This document shows positions 25,826-35,700 of a stretch of DNA of 51,556 bases, in pieces (the stretch's first letter is position 1; every line of letters begins with the position of its first letter). Both the position numbers and the translations under genes were made by a program. The stretch comes from Candidatus Micrarchaeia archaeon. Its GTDB lineage: Archaea > Micrarchaeota > Micrarchaeia > CABMEP01. The stretch covers positions 1-51,556 of the forward strand of contig JAVZRC010000005.1 of assembly GCA_038880755.1 (NCBI GenBank), read 5' to 3'. The notes under the pieces were generated by a model. That model did not search any database. It saw only the letters and a program-made list of their open reading frames with translations, and was not told where the DNA came from.

Positions 25826-26329
25826 ATGAGCGACACTATTACTCAACAAATACAGGAACTTGAAGCAGAAAAAAAAGCGAAGCTTGAAAACGTTAAAAAG
25901 CTTAGCGAGGAGATCAGAACTCTAGCTAACGAAATAGAAAAAATCAGAAAAACAAGTGGTTTGGGTTCTGCGGATGAAGAAAAAAGAATAATAAAGCAGA
26001 TAAACCAGCTAGACTTTAAGATCTCAACAGCTAAAAACCTGCCGCTAAAAGTGGAGAAGGAATTGGCTAAGAAGATACACAGACTAGAGGAACGCCTGAA
26101 AAAGATAAGAGAACTCAAACAGAAAATGGGAGTTCTGAAAGAGATGGAAGGAAAGATCTCTCAACTAAAGAATGAAAGAGACAAAATTAAAAAAGAAATA
26201 GACAGCATAAATGAAGAAATAGACGCACTTAAAGAAGAAAAAAGGATGGCATCAAGAAAGAGAATAAGAGAAGCGGCCATTGAACAATTCTCTTTAGGAG
26301 ATATTGCAGCTATAAAAAGAAAGAAATAA
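25826..26329 (+). CDS. archaeal coiled-coil protein (COG1340-like)
   Basis: Continuous heptads; LDFKIST...LPLKVEKELAKKIHRLE segment. Confidence 0.6.
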   Translation: MSDTITQQIQELEAEKKAKLENVKKLSEEIRTLANEIEKIRKTSGLGSADEEKRIIKQINQLDFKISTAKNLPLKVEKELAKKIHRLEERLKKIRELKQKMGVLKEMEGKISQLKNERDKIKKEIDSINEEIDALKEEKRMASRKRIREAAIEQFSLGDIAAIKRKK

Positions 26330-26377
26330 CAGCTCAGTTCTTAATTTTCTTCTTGCTTTCTTAATTTAGGTAGTGAT

Positions 26378-28747
26378 ATGAGTAAAATAAGAGCGATCCT
26401 TATTGATGTTGATGTTGTAACTAAAAATAACAGAAGCATAATAAGATTAATTTTAAAAAGAAAAAAAATGTTTAGACTCTACGATAAAGATTTCTATCCT
26501 TATTTTTACATAGAAACTGAACAAGAGATTAAAAAAGGAATTTATAATGGAATAGAAATAGTAGATGTTAAAGAGGTAAAAAAGCGAATAGGGAGAGAGG
26601 AAAGAACTTTAAAAAAAATAACTTGTAATGATCCTAAAGAAATACCGATTCTTGCCAAAATGTTTAGTGAAATAGGAAAAGTTTATGAAAAAGATATCAA
26701 ATTTAATAAGAGATACTTAATTGATAAAGATCTAAAACCTATGAATACAGTAGAAATAGAATACGAAGGTAAATATATAAAAAGTATAAAAGATGTTGGA
26801 AATATAATTGATGTTAATTCATTGAAGAGTCTAACTTTTGATATAGAAGTATATAACCCACATGGAATACCTAGAGAAGACGAAGATCCGACAATAATTA
26901 TAAGCTATGCCAATGACGAAATGGCTGGAGCAATCACTTGGAAAAATGGAAAAACTGAAAACGTTTTGACTGTGAAAGATGAAAAGGAGATGATTGAAAA
27001 ATTCTGTGATCTAATTGAAGAGAAAGATACTGATGTTCTTGCAGGATACAATTCCTCTGTTTTTGACATCCCTTATCTTCAAGCTAGAGCTAAAGAACTT
27101 GGTATAAAATTGAGGCTAGGCAGAGGAAGAAGTGAACCTAAGATAAAAAGAATTGGAATGACAACACACACCAAACTTGAAGGCAGAGTACATTCTGATG
27201 TTTATTATCTAGTAAGAATTCTTGCTGCTGCTCAGGCTATCAAGCTTGAGCGACATACTCTTGAAGAGGTTTACAAAGAGCTAGTTGGCGGAGAAGATTG
27301 GAAAGTTGACATGTTTTCTATATATAAAATGTGGGATGATGAAAATAAAAGAACAGAATTATTAGAATATGCTATAAAAGATGCGAAGGCAGCGCATGAG
27401 ATTTTCAAGAAACTTTATCCCTTAGAAGTGGAGTTGGCTAGACTTACTAAGATAACCCTTCCTAACATAAGCGGTTCTACAACAGGACAGATGGTAGAAT
27501 CCTTGCTTATGGATGAAAGTTATAAACGAGGATATCTTATACCTCAAAAGCCTAGCTGGGCTCAAGATTTTTCAAAGCCAATACAAGGGGCTTATGTAAA
27601 GCTTCCGTCTCCAGGAATATACGAAAAGATTGCTGTGTTTGATTTCAGAAGCCTGTATCCTTCTATAATAACCTCTCACAACATTGATCCCTATACTATT
27701 AACTGCGGCCATGAAGAATGTAAGAACGGAAGAAATAAAGCTCCAAATGGATTTTACTTCTGCGAAAAGGAAAAGGGTTTGGTCCCTTCTGCCATACTTC
27801 ACCTTTTAGAGCTTAGAAAGAAAATAAAGAAAGAACTTAAGGAAGCACAAAAATCTGGAAATGAAAAGGAGGTCAGCACACTCAATGCTAGAGTGGCTGC
27901 CTTAAAAATCGTATTGAATACTGTGTATGGAATGCTTAATTATCCAAAATCAAGATGGTATTCAAGAGAATGTGCAGAATCAATAACTGCATTTGGAAGA
28001 AATTACATTCAAGAAGTGGGAAGAAGAGCTGAAGAAAAAGGATTTAAGGTTCTTTACAGCGACACAGACAGCATATTTCTTCTTCTTGAAAATAAGACAG
28101 AAGAAGATGCTATCAATTTTATGGAAGAAATAAACAAGACGCTCCCTGAAACCATGGAGTTAGAATTAGAAAATATCTATAAAAGAGGGGTTTTTGTATC
28201 TAAGAAGCAAGAGAAAGAAACAGGGGCGAAAAAGAAATATGCGTTGGTTACAGAAGATGGCAAAATCAAGATAAGAGGATTTGAGCTTGTAAGGAGAGAT
28301 TGGTCTAAGATAGCAAGAGAAGCACAGAAAAAAGTTTTAGAGGCAATATTGATAGATGGCAGCAAGGAAAAGGCACTTTCCATAGTGAAAGAAGTTATTG
28401 AAAAACTAAACAAAGGTAATGTGTCAAAAGATGATTTGATTATTTATACACAACTTAGAAAAGAAGAATATGAAGTTCTTTCTCCAGAAATTTCAGCTGT
28501 TGAAAAGGCAAGAAAGAGAGGAATTGAAATAAGACCTGGATCTATTGTAGGGTATATAATAACTAAAAAAGGAAATAGTATCTCTGAAAAGGCAGAAATA
28601 GCTGAATTTGCTAATGATTATGATGCTGAATACTATATCCATAATCAAGTGCTTCCTGCTGTAATGAAAATAATTGGTGAGTTGGGTTACAGTGAGGAAG
28701 ATATAATATTTGAAGGGAAACAATCTTCTCTTTCAGATTGGATGTAA
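26378..28747 (+). CDS. polB: family B DNA polymerase with 3'-5' exonuclease, no intein
   Basis: Exo motifs FDIE, YNSSVFD, YAIKD; polymerase motifs DFRSLYPS, K...NTVYG, YSDTDS; RGFELVRRDW. Confidence 0.97.
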   Translation: MSKIRAILIDVDVVTKNNRSIIRLILKRKKMFRLYDKDFYPYFYIETEQEIKKGIYNGIEIVDVKEVKKRIGREERTLKKITCNDPKEIPILAKMFSEIGKVYEKDIKFNKRYLIDKDLKPMNTVEIEYEGKYIKSIKDVGNIIDVNSLKSLTFDIEVYNPHGIPREDEDPTIIISYANDEMAGAITWKNGKTENVLTVKDEKEMIEKFCDLIEEKDTDVLAGYNSSVFDIPYLQARAKELGIKLRLGRGRSEPKIKRIGMTTHTKLEGRVHSDVYYLVRILAAAQAIKLERHTLEEVYKELVGGEDWKVDMFSIYKMWDDENKRTELLEYAIKDAKAAHEIFKKLYPLEVELARLTKITLPNISGSTTGQMVESLLMDESYKRGYLIPQKPSWAQDFSKPIQGAYVKLPSPGIYEKIAVFDFRSLYPSIITSHNIDPYTINCGHEECKNGRNKAPNGFYFCEKEKGLVPSAILHLLELRKKIKKELKEAQKSGNEKEVSTLNARVAALKIVLNTVYGMLNYPKSRWYSRECAESITAFGRNYIQEVGRRAEEKGFKVLYSDTDSIFLLLENKTEEDAINFMEEINKTLPETMELELENIYKRGVFVSKKQEKETGAKKKYALVTEDGKIKIRGFELVRRDWSKIAREAQKKVLEAILIDGSKEKALSIVKEVIEKLNKGNVSKDDLIIYTQLRKEEYEVLSPEISAVEKARKRGIEIRPGSIVGYIITKKGNSISEKAEIAEFANDYDAEYYIHNQVLPAVMKIIGELGYSEEDIIFEGKQSSLSDWM

Positions 28748-28763
28748 TTCAAAAGGTGAATAA

Positions 28764-29669
28764 ATGGATGAATTCTATGAAGATTATAGCGAGGAAGATA
28801 AGATAAAAAATACTATCGAGGCTGGAAAGATTGCAGGAAAAATAAGGGATTCTATTAAAATAAAAGAAGGAGATTCAATACTAAAACTATGTGATTCGCT
28901 TGAAAAGAAAATGGAGGAGATGGGTGGAGGATATGCTTTTCCAGTAAACATCTCGATAAACGAAATAACAGCACATGATACTGCATCTGTAAATGATGAT
29001 AGGGTATTTGCAAAGGATGATTTAGTAAAGATAGATATCGGGGTTCACAAAGATGGTTTCATTGCAGATGGCTCAATTACAATAGACTTAAGTGGAGAAC
29101 ATGGAAAGATGATTGATGCAACAAAAGAAGCATTAGAAAACGCAGTATCAAAAATAAAGGCCGGAATATCAACATTAGAAATAGGAAAAGAAATTGAAAA
29201 CACTTTGAAGAAAAATGGATTCAAACCTATAGATAATTTGACTGGTCATGGCCTTGATAGATATGTAATTCATTGTGATCCGATAATACCTAATTTTGAA
29301 ACAAAGAAAGGATCCATATTGAATGAAGGGGACATCATCGCAATAGAGCCTTTCGTAACCTATGGCAACGCGGCAGGGCATGTAAGTGAAATGGATAGGT
29401 GTGAAATATTCAGCGCGCACAGTTTTGAGGCTACTAGAAATCGAGAAGCTAGAAAAATGATGGAAAGGATTGTTATGGAGAGAAAAACAATGCCATTTGC
29501 TGAAAGACATTATGCAAAAACGCAGGCTGAAAAAATCGCATTGATGGAGCTTATTAGAAATGGTTCTTTAATGGCCTATCCTGTTCTAAGGGAAGTGAGC
29601 AAAAGCAAGGTTGCACAGTTTGAGCATACAGTTGTGGTGGGAAAGGATTCTGCAGAGATTGTATTCTAA
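28764..29669 (+). CDS. map: methionine aminopeptidase type II
   Basis: AFPVNIS.NE.TAH, KIDIGVH.DG.IAD, NLTGH, AIEPF, AQFEHTV motifs. Confidence 0.96.
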   Translation: MDEFYEDYSEEDKIKNTIEAGKIAGKIRDSIKIKEGDSILKLCDSLEKKMEEMGGGYAFPVNISINEITAHDTASVNDDRVFAKDDLVKIDIGVHKDGFIADGSITIDLSGEHGKMIDATKEALENAVSKIKAGISTLEIGKEIENTLKKNGFKPIDNLTGHGLDRYVIHCDPIIPNFETKKGSILNEGDIIAIEPFVTYGNAAGHVSEMDRCEIFSAHSFEATRNREARKMMERIVMERKTMPFAERHYAKTQAEKIALMELIRNGSLMAYPVLREVSKSKVAQFEHTVVVGKDSAEIVF

Positions 29670-29757
29670 CTTCTTAAATTATCCCAAGTCAAAATCATCT
29701 AGATCAACTCTAAGCAAACATCAAAGATTTTAAAAAACCAACCAGCAATATATAGGT

Positions 29758-30480
29758 ATGACAAAGATTGTAGAAGTTGCTCCGATAAAGCTAAAAAATC
29801 CAATATTGATAGAAGGGTTCCCAGGAGTTGGGATGATTGGAACCATCGCAGCGATGCATTTGGTTAAGGAATGGAATATGGAATTAGTTGGATACATTGA
29901 TTCTGAGGCGTTTCCACCATTATGTACTGTTCATAACGAAGAACCTTTGCCTGCTGCAAGGATATATCAATCTAAAAAATATAATCTACTCGTCTTGTTT
30001 TCAGAGTTTGTCATACCAATCTCTGCAGTAAGCTCTGTTGCGAATGAAATTGTCTTGTGGGGAGAGGATAAAAAACTCAGTGCGATTATATCACTAGGTG
30101 GCGTTGGAATAGATGCTTCAAAGGATGACGTATTTGGGATTGCATCTACAGAAGGCCTGAAAAATGATCTAAAAGATGCAGGGGTGACTATAGTAAAAGA
30201 AGGTGTAACAACTGGTGTAACTGGTTTAATATTGGCAAATGCATATGTGAGAAAATTCCCTGCTGCTGCAATCCTTACATCCAGCAGAGGTATGAATATC
30301 AACTTAATAGGGGCAGCTAAGGTTCTTGACAAGCTAAGTGAATTACTACATATAAAAATAGATACAGAAAAACTAAAGAAAGAAGGAGAAGAAATAGAAG
30401 AAAAACTAAAGAAACTAATGAAAGAAAGCAAGGAAGCCAAGAAAACATACGAACAGATACAATCTCCTATGTATAGATAG
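29758..30480 (+). CDS. PAC2-family proteasome assembly chaperone
   Basis: IEGFPGVGMIGTIAA, IISLGG, G..TGVTG, IDTEKLKKEGEEIE motifs. Confidence 0.9.
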   Translation: MTKIVEVAPIKLKNPILIEGFPGVGMIGTIAAMHLVKEWNMELVGYIDSEAFPPLCTVHNEEPLPAARIYQSKKYNLLVLFSEFVIPISAVSSVANEIVLWGEDKKLSAIISLGGVGIDASKDDVFGIASTEGLKNDLKDAGVTIVKEGVTTGVTGLILANAYVRKFPAAAILTSSRGMNINLIGAAKVLDKLSELLHIKIDTEKLKKEGEEIEEKLKKLMKESKEAKKTYEQIQSPMYR

Positions 30481-30549
30481 AATTTATTTTCCTGATTGAT
30501 ATAGAGATACATAGAGATTGGGCCTAAACATAATAAGTATTACAAACAT

Positions 30550-30636
30550 GCAGGGGTGCCCGAGCTTGGTCTAAAGGGTAGGGCTTAGGACCCTATGCGC
30601 GTAGGCGCTTCGTGGGTTCAAATCCCACCCCCTGCA
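30550..30636 (+). tRNA. tRNA-Leu(TAG)
   Basis: Acceptor GCAGGGG/CCCCTGC plus A; anticodon arm TAGGG-CTTAGGA-CCCTA; long variable arm; GTGGG-TTCAAAT-CCCAC; no CCA. Confidence 0.95.
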
Positions 30637-30648
30637 TCTTTATTTTTA

Positions 30649-31785
30649 TTATCTATTTATTTTGTTCTCAATTCTTTGCAAGGCAATCTTCATCGCTGCA
30701 TCTCTAGGCTTTATCCCTTCTTTTCTGGATAAAACCAATACTTTCTTTACATTGGATGTTATTTTTTTCTCTACTAATTTGAACATTTCGTCTGGTGTTT
30801 TTCCTTTGTATTCTGCATAGGAAGAGATTACGCCTCCTGCATTTGCAACAAAATCTGGAATAATGAGTATTCCCTTTTTATGCAGGATCTCTTCGTATTC
30901 TGGTTTAGTAGGGATATTAGAGCCTTCAACGATTATTTTGGCGCGTATCTTATCTACATTGTCTTTGTTTATTACATCAGGCACTGCTGCAGTAATTAAT
31001 ATATCTACATCTAATTCAAAAAGATCTGAAGTTTTAAGTATTTCGCCTGATTTATAATTAATAACACTTCCTGTCTCTTTCTTTACTTTTTCCAGCTCCT
31101 GAAAATTTATTCCTTCTGGATTATAAAGGGTGCCTTTACTATCGCTTATGGCAACAAGCTTTGCTCCTTTTTCTATCATGTGTTTTGCTGCAAAATATCC
31201 AACATTTCCAAATCCCTCAACTGCGAAGGATGTTTCTTTCACATTCATTTTCTTGAAATTTATTCCTACTAGTGCAGCCTGACAAACTCCAAAGCCAGTT
31301 GAGCCATACTCATGCGGAATCCCGCATTTCTTGCCGTCCTTGCCTATGCACATTCCTTTCGGCTTCCCTGTTGCTGCTTTCCAAGAACCGTTTGCCTCCA
31401 CAAACCATCTCATCTCTTCCTCTCCAGTATTCATGTCTGGTCCTGCAACATACTCTCTTGGACATATAGACTTGATTGCCTTTGAAAAGGCAACTATGTA
31501 CTCCTTCTTTCTTTTTGGATCTTTAATTACATCCGCGGGTGCTAATATGCCGGCCTTTGCTCCTCCGAAAGGAAGTCCTGCTAAGGAATTTTTCAATGTC
31601 ATGGCTCTTGCAAGCCTGGCAACCTCTTCGATTGTAATTGTTGGAGTCATTCTGATTCCTCCCTTTCCAATACCTAATACTGTATTATCTATTACAACCC
31701 AACCTTTCATTCCTGTTTTTTTATCTGAAACAATAAGTATTTTTTCTGGACCTAAATTGTCGAATTCTATATTTCCAAGATTCAT
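30649..31785 (-). CDS. gdhA: Glu/Leu/Phe/Val dehydrogenase (glutamate dehydrogenase)
   Basis: GKGGIRM, MTLKN, PFGGAKAG, GPDMNT, TGKP, GFGNVG, EGSN, PDFVANAGGV motifs. Confidence 0.92.
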   Translation of the reverse strand: MNLGNIEFDNLGPEKILIVSDKKTGMKGWVVIDNTVLGIGKGGIRMTPTITIEEVARLARAMTLKNSLAGLPFGGAKAGILAPADVIKDPKRKKEYIVAFSKAIKSICPREYVAGPDMNTGEEEMRWFVEANGSWKAATGKPKGMCIGKDGKKCGIPHEYGSTGFGVCQAALVGINFKKMNVKETSFAVEGFGNVGYFAAKHMIEKGAKLVAISDSKGTLYNPEGINFQELEKVKKETGSVINYKSGEILKTSDLFELDVDILITAAVPDVINKDNVDKIRAKIIVEGSNIPTKPEYEEILHKKGILIIPDFVANAGGVISSYAEYKGKTPDEMFKLVEKKITSNVKKVLVLSRKEGIKPRDAAMKIALQRIENKINR

Positions 31786-32397
31786 TTATTCACCTTTGAC
31801 AATTGAATTCTGTTTTCTACAAAATGTTAAATAAGCAGTATGTATGATTCCTGTATTCTGCGGTCTTGTACCTTTTTCTCTTGAAATTATCTCTCTTACT
31901 ATTACCTCTATTGTAAATGTAGTGAAATTGTTTTTTGTAGCTGTAGATACGAATTTAGAAACTTGTTCTGCGTGAGGAAGATATGCGACTATGTATCCAT
32001 CCTCACTTAGCTTAAAATTCGAATTGAAAATATTTTCAGGATTAGGTAGGTCTAAATTAATTACATTTATTTCTTCCTCTATTTTCGAGATTTCTTCAAA
32101 TACAGAGCCGAATTTATGTACGATATTAGTAAGACCTGAACGTTTTATGTTTTTTTCTGAAAATTCATAGAACTCTCTTTTATTTTCATAAGAGTAAACT
32201 TTTTTAGCTATAGAAGCAAAGAATACAGTGGCGAATCCGCTTCCAGTGCCTGCATCAACAACTATGCTTTCTTTGTTCATTCCTGTAAATGCAACTATTG
32301 CACCTAAATCTTTTGGAAGTATTATTTGTGGTCCTCTTTTTAATTTTTGGAGTTGTGGTGGAAACCTAAAATCATATTCTTTCTTGCGTCTTGCCAT
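31786..32397 (-). CDS. trmI: tRNA (adenine-N1)-methyltransferase TrmI/Gcd14 family, compact form
   Basis: KRGPQIILPKD, VDAGTGSG, LDLPNP, RP....IIHTAYLTF motifs. Confidence 0.88.
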   Translation of the reverse strand: MARRKKEYDFRFPPQLQKLKRGPQIILPKDLGAIVAFTGMNKESIVVDAGTGSGFATVFFASIAKKVYSYENKREFYEFSEKNIKRSGLTNIVHKFGSVFEEISKIEEEINVINLDLPNPENIFNSNFKLSEDGYIVAYLPHAEQVSKFVSTATKNNFTTFTIEVIVREIISREKGTRPQNTGIIHTAYLTFCRKQNSIVKGE

Positions 32398-32457
32398 AAA
32401 ATAAATATAATGATAATATTTTAATCCCTTTACTGCTATAATAATATTAAACTTCTT

Positions 32458-32529
32458 GCCTCAGTAGCTCAGGGGTAGAGCGCTACCTTGGTAAGGTAGA
32501 GGTCGCGAGTTCGATTCTCGCCTGAGGCT
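32458..32529 (+). tRNA. tRNA-Thr(GGT)
   Basis: GCCTCAG/CTGAGGC acceptor plus T; GCTC/GAGC D-stem; CTACC-TTGGTAA-GGTAG; GCGAG-TTCGATT-CTCGC. Confidence 0.96.
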
Positions 32530-32543
32530 CTACTGATTTTAAC

Positions 32544-34238
32544 TTAAAAAGTAATAAATTCTCTTCCAAAATTAAAAAGAAATATAACCAAAGGAAGTAA
32601 AATAATAAAGTAGCCGATAAAAGTCCTCAGTCTTCCTTCCTGCATAGCTATAAATATTGAAGATAATAGTACATAGATGATAATATAAATTTGAGCTGCG
32701 TTGGTTGCAACTGTTAATATCTCATTTCTATTTTGTAAAGTTGTAACATCGCTATTTAATGGTTGAATGTTTGATATTAAATTTAGAATTACAGCTAGAA
32801 TAATAGGAACGAATATACAACCACCAATAAGAATAGTATATTTCTGAAGTGCTAAAGAAGATGCTTGTTCTTTTTTAAGCATGTTTAATTCAAATATATC
32901 TTCTGCAGTTTCTTTTATTCCTTTGTGAACATCTCTTCCTGTTTTGTAACATTGTATAAGAAGTGAAATTACTCTGTCTAATAAAAGTGAACTGTTCCTA
33001 TCTTTCATATTAAGAAGCGCGTGGTTTACACTAATTCCGACTTTTATCTGCCTTGATGCTTTTCTAAATTCATCAGATAAAGATCTGTATCCTGCATTGG
33101 CTATGTTTTCTATTATTCTTTCCATTGGAATCCCTAGCTCAAGTGTAGCAGCATACATTAATGCATCTGGAAGATGTTGTTCTATCTCATTTGCTCTTAT
33201 CTCAATCAGCCATAATAGGATGAAATATACCAATAACGGAAGAAGAAGGAAAAGTAATGAATAGTAGTTTATTTCAAAGTAAAATATAATGGTTAGCGAA
33301 AATGAAATCAAAAATAAGTAAGTTATAAACGTTCTAAATTTTAGATTTATTTTCATATTTTTAAGTTGTTCGTCTAGCATTATTTCTTCTTTTTTAGATA
33401 GAAATTTTTCTGATAGATTTGAAAGAATTGTGGGTGTTGTAGATTTTATATATACTATTAATAAGATATTTATAAGTGGGAATAAAACAACAAATGTGAA
33501 CCATATATCGCTTGGTGAAGTTTCCATATCTAAATATGTACTTGCTACTACAATGTATGCTAAAAACATTGTTGGTGCTATAGACGAAATTGCTATAAAC
33601 ATAAGACTTAGAAAACTAAGTTTTGCAGAGAATTCTTTAAATTTAAATCTTTGTGCATGAATTAATTCATCTGCGCTATGTTTTAATTCAGTTCCATCCA
33701 TGCCTTCTAAATAAACATGTATTAACTGGACCATTAATTTCTTAACTATCTGAGAATCTACTCGCTCGGTTACTTGTCTAAGTGCGTCTGGTATTGAAGT
33801 ACCGCTGTCTATCATATTAATTACTTTTTTGAATTCAGCTGAACATTTATAATTCGAGTTTGCTATATTTTCAAGAGCAGTTTCAAATGGTACCTTCATG
33901 TTTAATTGTATACCAATTGACCTTATTGCAATCGGTAGATCTGATTCTATTTCTGACGCTCTTCGCTTTGCTATATAATATGGAAGCTTCTTAAGAATAA
34001 GAAAATATGCGATAGATAACATAAAGAAAATAAGTCCTAAACTGAGGTAATCAAATGCAGTACTGAGAGTAGATATAAAATATGTAGAAATAAAACTTAA
34101 AATGATTGAAAATAAAAAAGAATAAGTCAAATATTTGGAAGACGAAATCTCGATATCGGCACGATATAAACTTAATACTATTTCTTTTTCCAGTGATTTG
34201 AAATATTCTTTAATCATATTTTGAAATCTGTTTTTCAA
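32544..34238 (-). CDS. type II secretion/type IV pilus platform protein (TadC/ArlJ-like, two T2SSF domains)
   Basis: Two repeats of R..EIE.(D/H)LP.A...; G.S...AL; multiple TM helices; directly downstream of a pilus ATPase. Confidence 0.88.
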   Translation of the reverse strand: MKNRFQNMIKEYFKSLEKEIVLSLYRADIEISSSKYLTYSFLFSIILSFISTYFISTLSTAFDYLSLGLIFFMLSIAYFLILKKLPYYIAKRRASEIESDLPIAIRSIGIQLNMKVPFETALENIANSNYKCSAEFKKVINMIDSGTSIPDALRQVTERVDSQIVKKLMVQLIHVYLEGMDGTELKHSADELIHAQRFKFKEFSAKLSFLSLMFIAISSIAPTMFLAYIVVASTYLDMETSPSDIWFTFVVLFPLINILLIVYIKSTTPTILSNLSEKFLSKKEEIMLDEQLKNMKINLKFRTFITYLFLISFSLTIIFYFEINYYSLLFLLLPLLVYFILLWLIEIRANEIEQHLPDALMYAATLELGIPMERIIENIANAGYRSLSDEFRKASRQIKVGISVNHALLNMKDRNSSLLLDRVISLLIQCYKTGRDVHKGIKETAEDIFELNMLKKEQASSLALQKYTILIGGCIFVPIILAVILNLISNIQPLNSDVTTLQNRNEILTVATNAAQIYIIIYVLLSSIFIAMQEGRLRTFIGYFIILLPLVIFLFNFGREFITF

Positions 34239-34278
34239 ATATTCACCTTAAACTATTAGCACAGTAAAATAATAGATG

Positions 34279-35667
34279 CTAAAGTTGATTGGTTGTGTCT
34301 GGACTTAATGATAATTTGACATTTGAGAAAAATTTCTCTTGAACTTTGAATACAAAATCATGAAAAGAGTGTGTTTGAAAAGAGGACAAGAATTCTTTCC
34401 TGAAATTCAGCTCCTCGTTTAACTCCTTTTTACTCATGCCAAAGCTCGAGGCAATATCTTCATATTTCGAAGATTTAGATGGATCACCCACCATGTCACC
34501 TGTTTTTCTATCAATTTGAAATATTTTATTTATTTCTCCTTCTGAATTCATTTCTACTAATTCTATTCCTTTTCTCTCTTCCCAATATTTTCTTGTGTTT
34601 GGATCATATCTCATCAATCTTCTTTGAATTACAATAAAATCTATAGATGTCACATCATATTTTGAAATTCCTAAAGTCAACATTCGCTTAATCAATTCTT
34701 CAGAAGACTGAGCATGAAATGTTGCATAGCTACCTCTCGCTTGACCACTAAGTATAGTTTCTATAAATGCTTCGGTTTCTTCCTTAGTTCTTATTTCACC
34801 TACTATTACTCTATCTGGCCTCATTCTTAAACTATCCTCGACAAGACTTTTCATATTTATTTTCAATTCTGGATTAGAAAGTAGATTAATTTTGTGTGGG
34901 TGTGGTATGTTTATCTCTGGTGTCTCCTCTATTATCAATATCCTATCCGAAAGTGGAACGAATGAGAACATTGCATTTAAGGTGGTTGTTTTTCCACTAG
35001 AAGTGTTTCCTGCTATCATTATATTAAAATCAGATTGGAATACTAAAGAAAGAAATGCTATCGCATCTAGGGAATAAATTTTTTTCTGAAATAATTCTAC
35101 TGGAGTTATTGGATTTGATCTAAATTTTCTTATAGTCATTTCTAAATTAGATATTGGTGGGATAGACGCATGTAATCTTGAACCATCTGGAAGAACTGCG
35201 TTAATCTTAGGATTTTGATAGGTAATTCTCCTACCTACTTGTCTTGCTATTTTATTAATAACTGAAATCGCAGTTTCTTGATTTCTGAATTTTAAATTTG
35301 TTTCAAGCCACCCTTTCTCAGTATGGTAAACATAAACAGGCTTATCCACACCTATAACTGCTATTTCTTCAATATTAGTATCTTGAAGGAATTCTTCTAT
35401 TCCATTAAAACCATAAATATTGTACATTAAATAATTGACAAAATATTTCTCTTGATCTGGATCTAGAGATATGTGGTGGTACTTACAATAATCGATAAGA
35501 AGTTCCGCTATTTCTTTCCTTATGTTTTTTGAAGAAATGTCTTTGTTTTTAGATTCTTCTTTAAATAATTTAGTTATATCGACTATTATCTCCTCCTCTT
35601 CTTTAGATATAGGAGGAATAGAAAGTGAATAATCTTTCTTTTCTTTAACTATCTCCCAACCCAACAT
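34279..35667 (-). CDS. CpaF/TadA/VirB11-family secretion ATPase
   Basis: LPDGSRLHA, TIRKF, Walker A GNTSSGKTT, IEETPEI, LRMRPDRVIVGEIR, TFHA. Confidence 0.94.
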   Translation of the reverse strand: MLGWEIVKEKKDYSLSIPPISKEEEEIIVDITKLFKEESKNKDISSKNIRKEIAELLIDYCKYHHISLDPDQEKYFVNYLMYNIYGFNGIEEFLQDTNIEEIAVIGVDKPVYVYHTEKGWLETNLKFRNQETAISVINKIARQVGRRITYQNPKINAVLPDGSRLHASIPPISNLEMTIRKFRSNPITPVELFQKKIYSLDAIAFLSLVFQSDFNIMIAGNTSSGKTTTLNAMFSFVPLSDRILIIEETPEINIPHPHKINLLSNPELKINMKSLVEDSLRMRPDRVIVGEIRTKEETEAFIETILSGQARGSYATFHAQSSEELIKRMLTLGISKYDVTSIDFIVIQRRLMRYDPNTRKYWEERKGIELVEMNSEGEINKIFQIDRKTGDMVGDPSKSSKYEDIASSFGMSKKELNEELNFRKEFLSSFQTHSFHDFVFKVQEKFFSNVKLSLSPDTTNQL

Positions 35668-35700
35668 AAACTCATCTATATATATCTAGATAGCTAAAAC

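Noticed and set aside
26378-28747. Possible intein or inactivation in PolB
   Set aside because: Length of 789 aa and all exonuclease and polymerase motifs are contiguous and intact.
20500-29700. Apparently higher GC here (one sampled 60-nt line 42%) than near 40 kb (one sampled line 20%)
   Set aside because: Both regions hold core genes, so the difference may reflect amino-acid composition or expression; two lines are not a measurement, and a sliding-window GC/codon analysis would be needed.
34279-35667. This VirB11-family ATPase as the motor of the six-paralog array
   Set aside because: It is paired with a TadC-like platform gene typical of type IV pili and lies 16 kb away; no evidence links it to the array.
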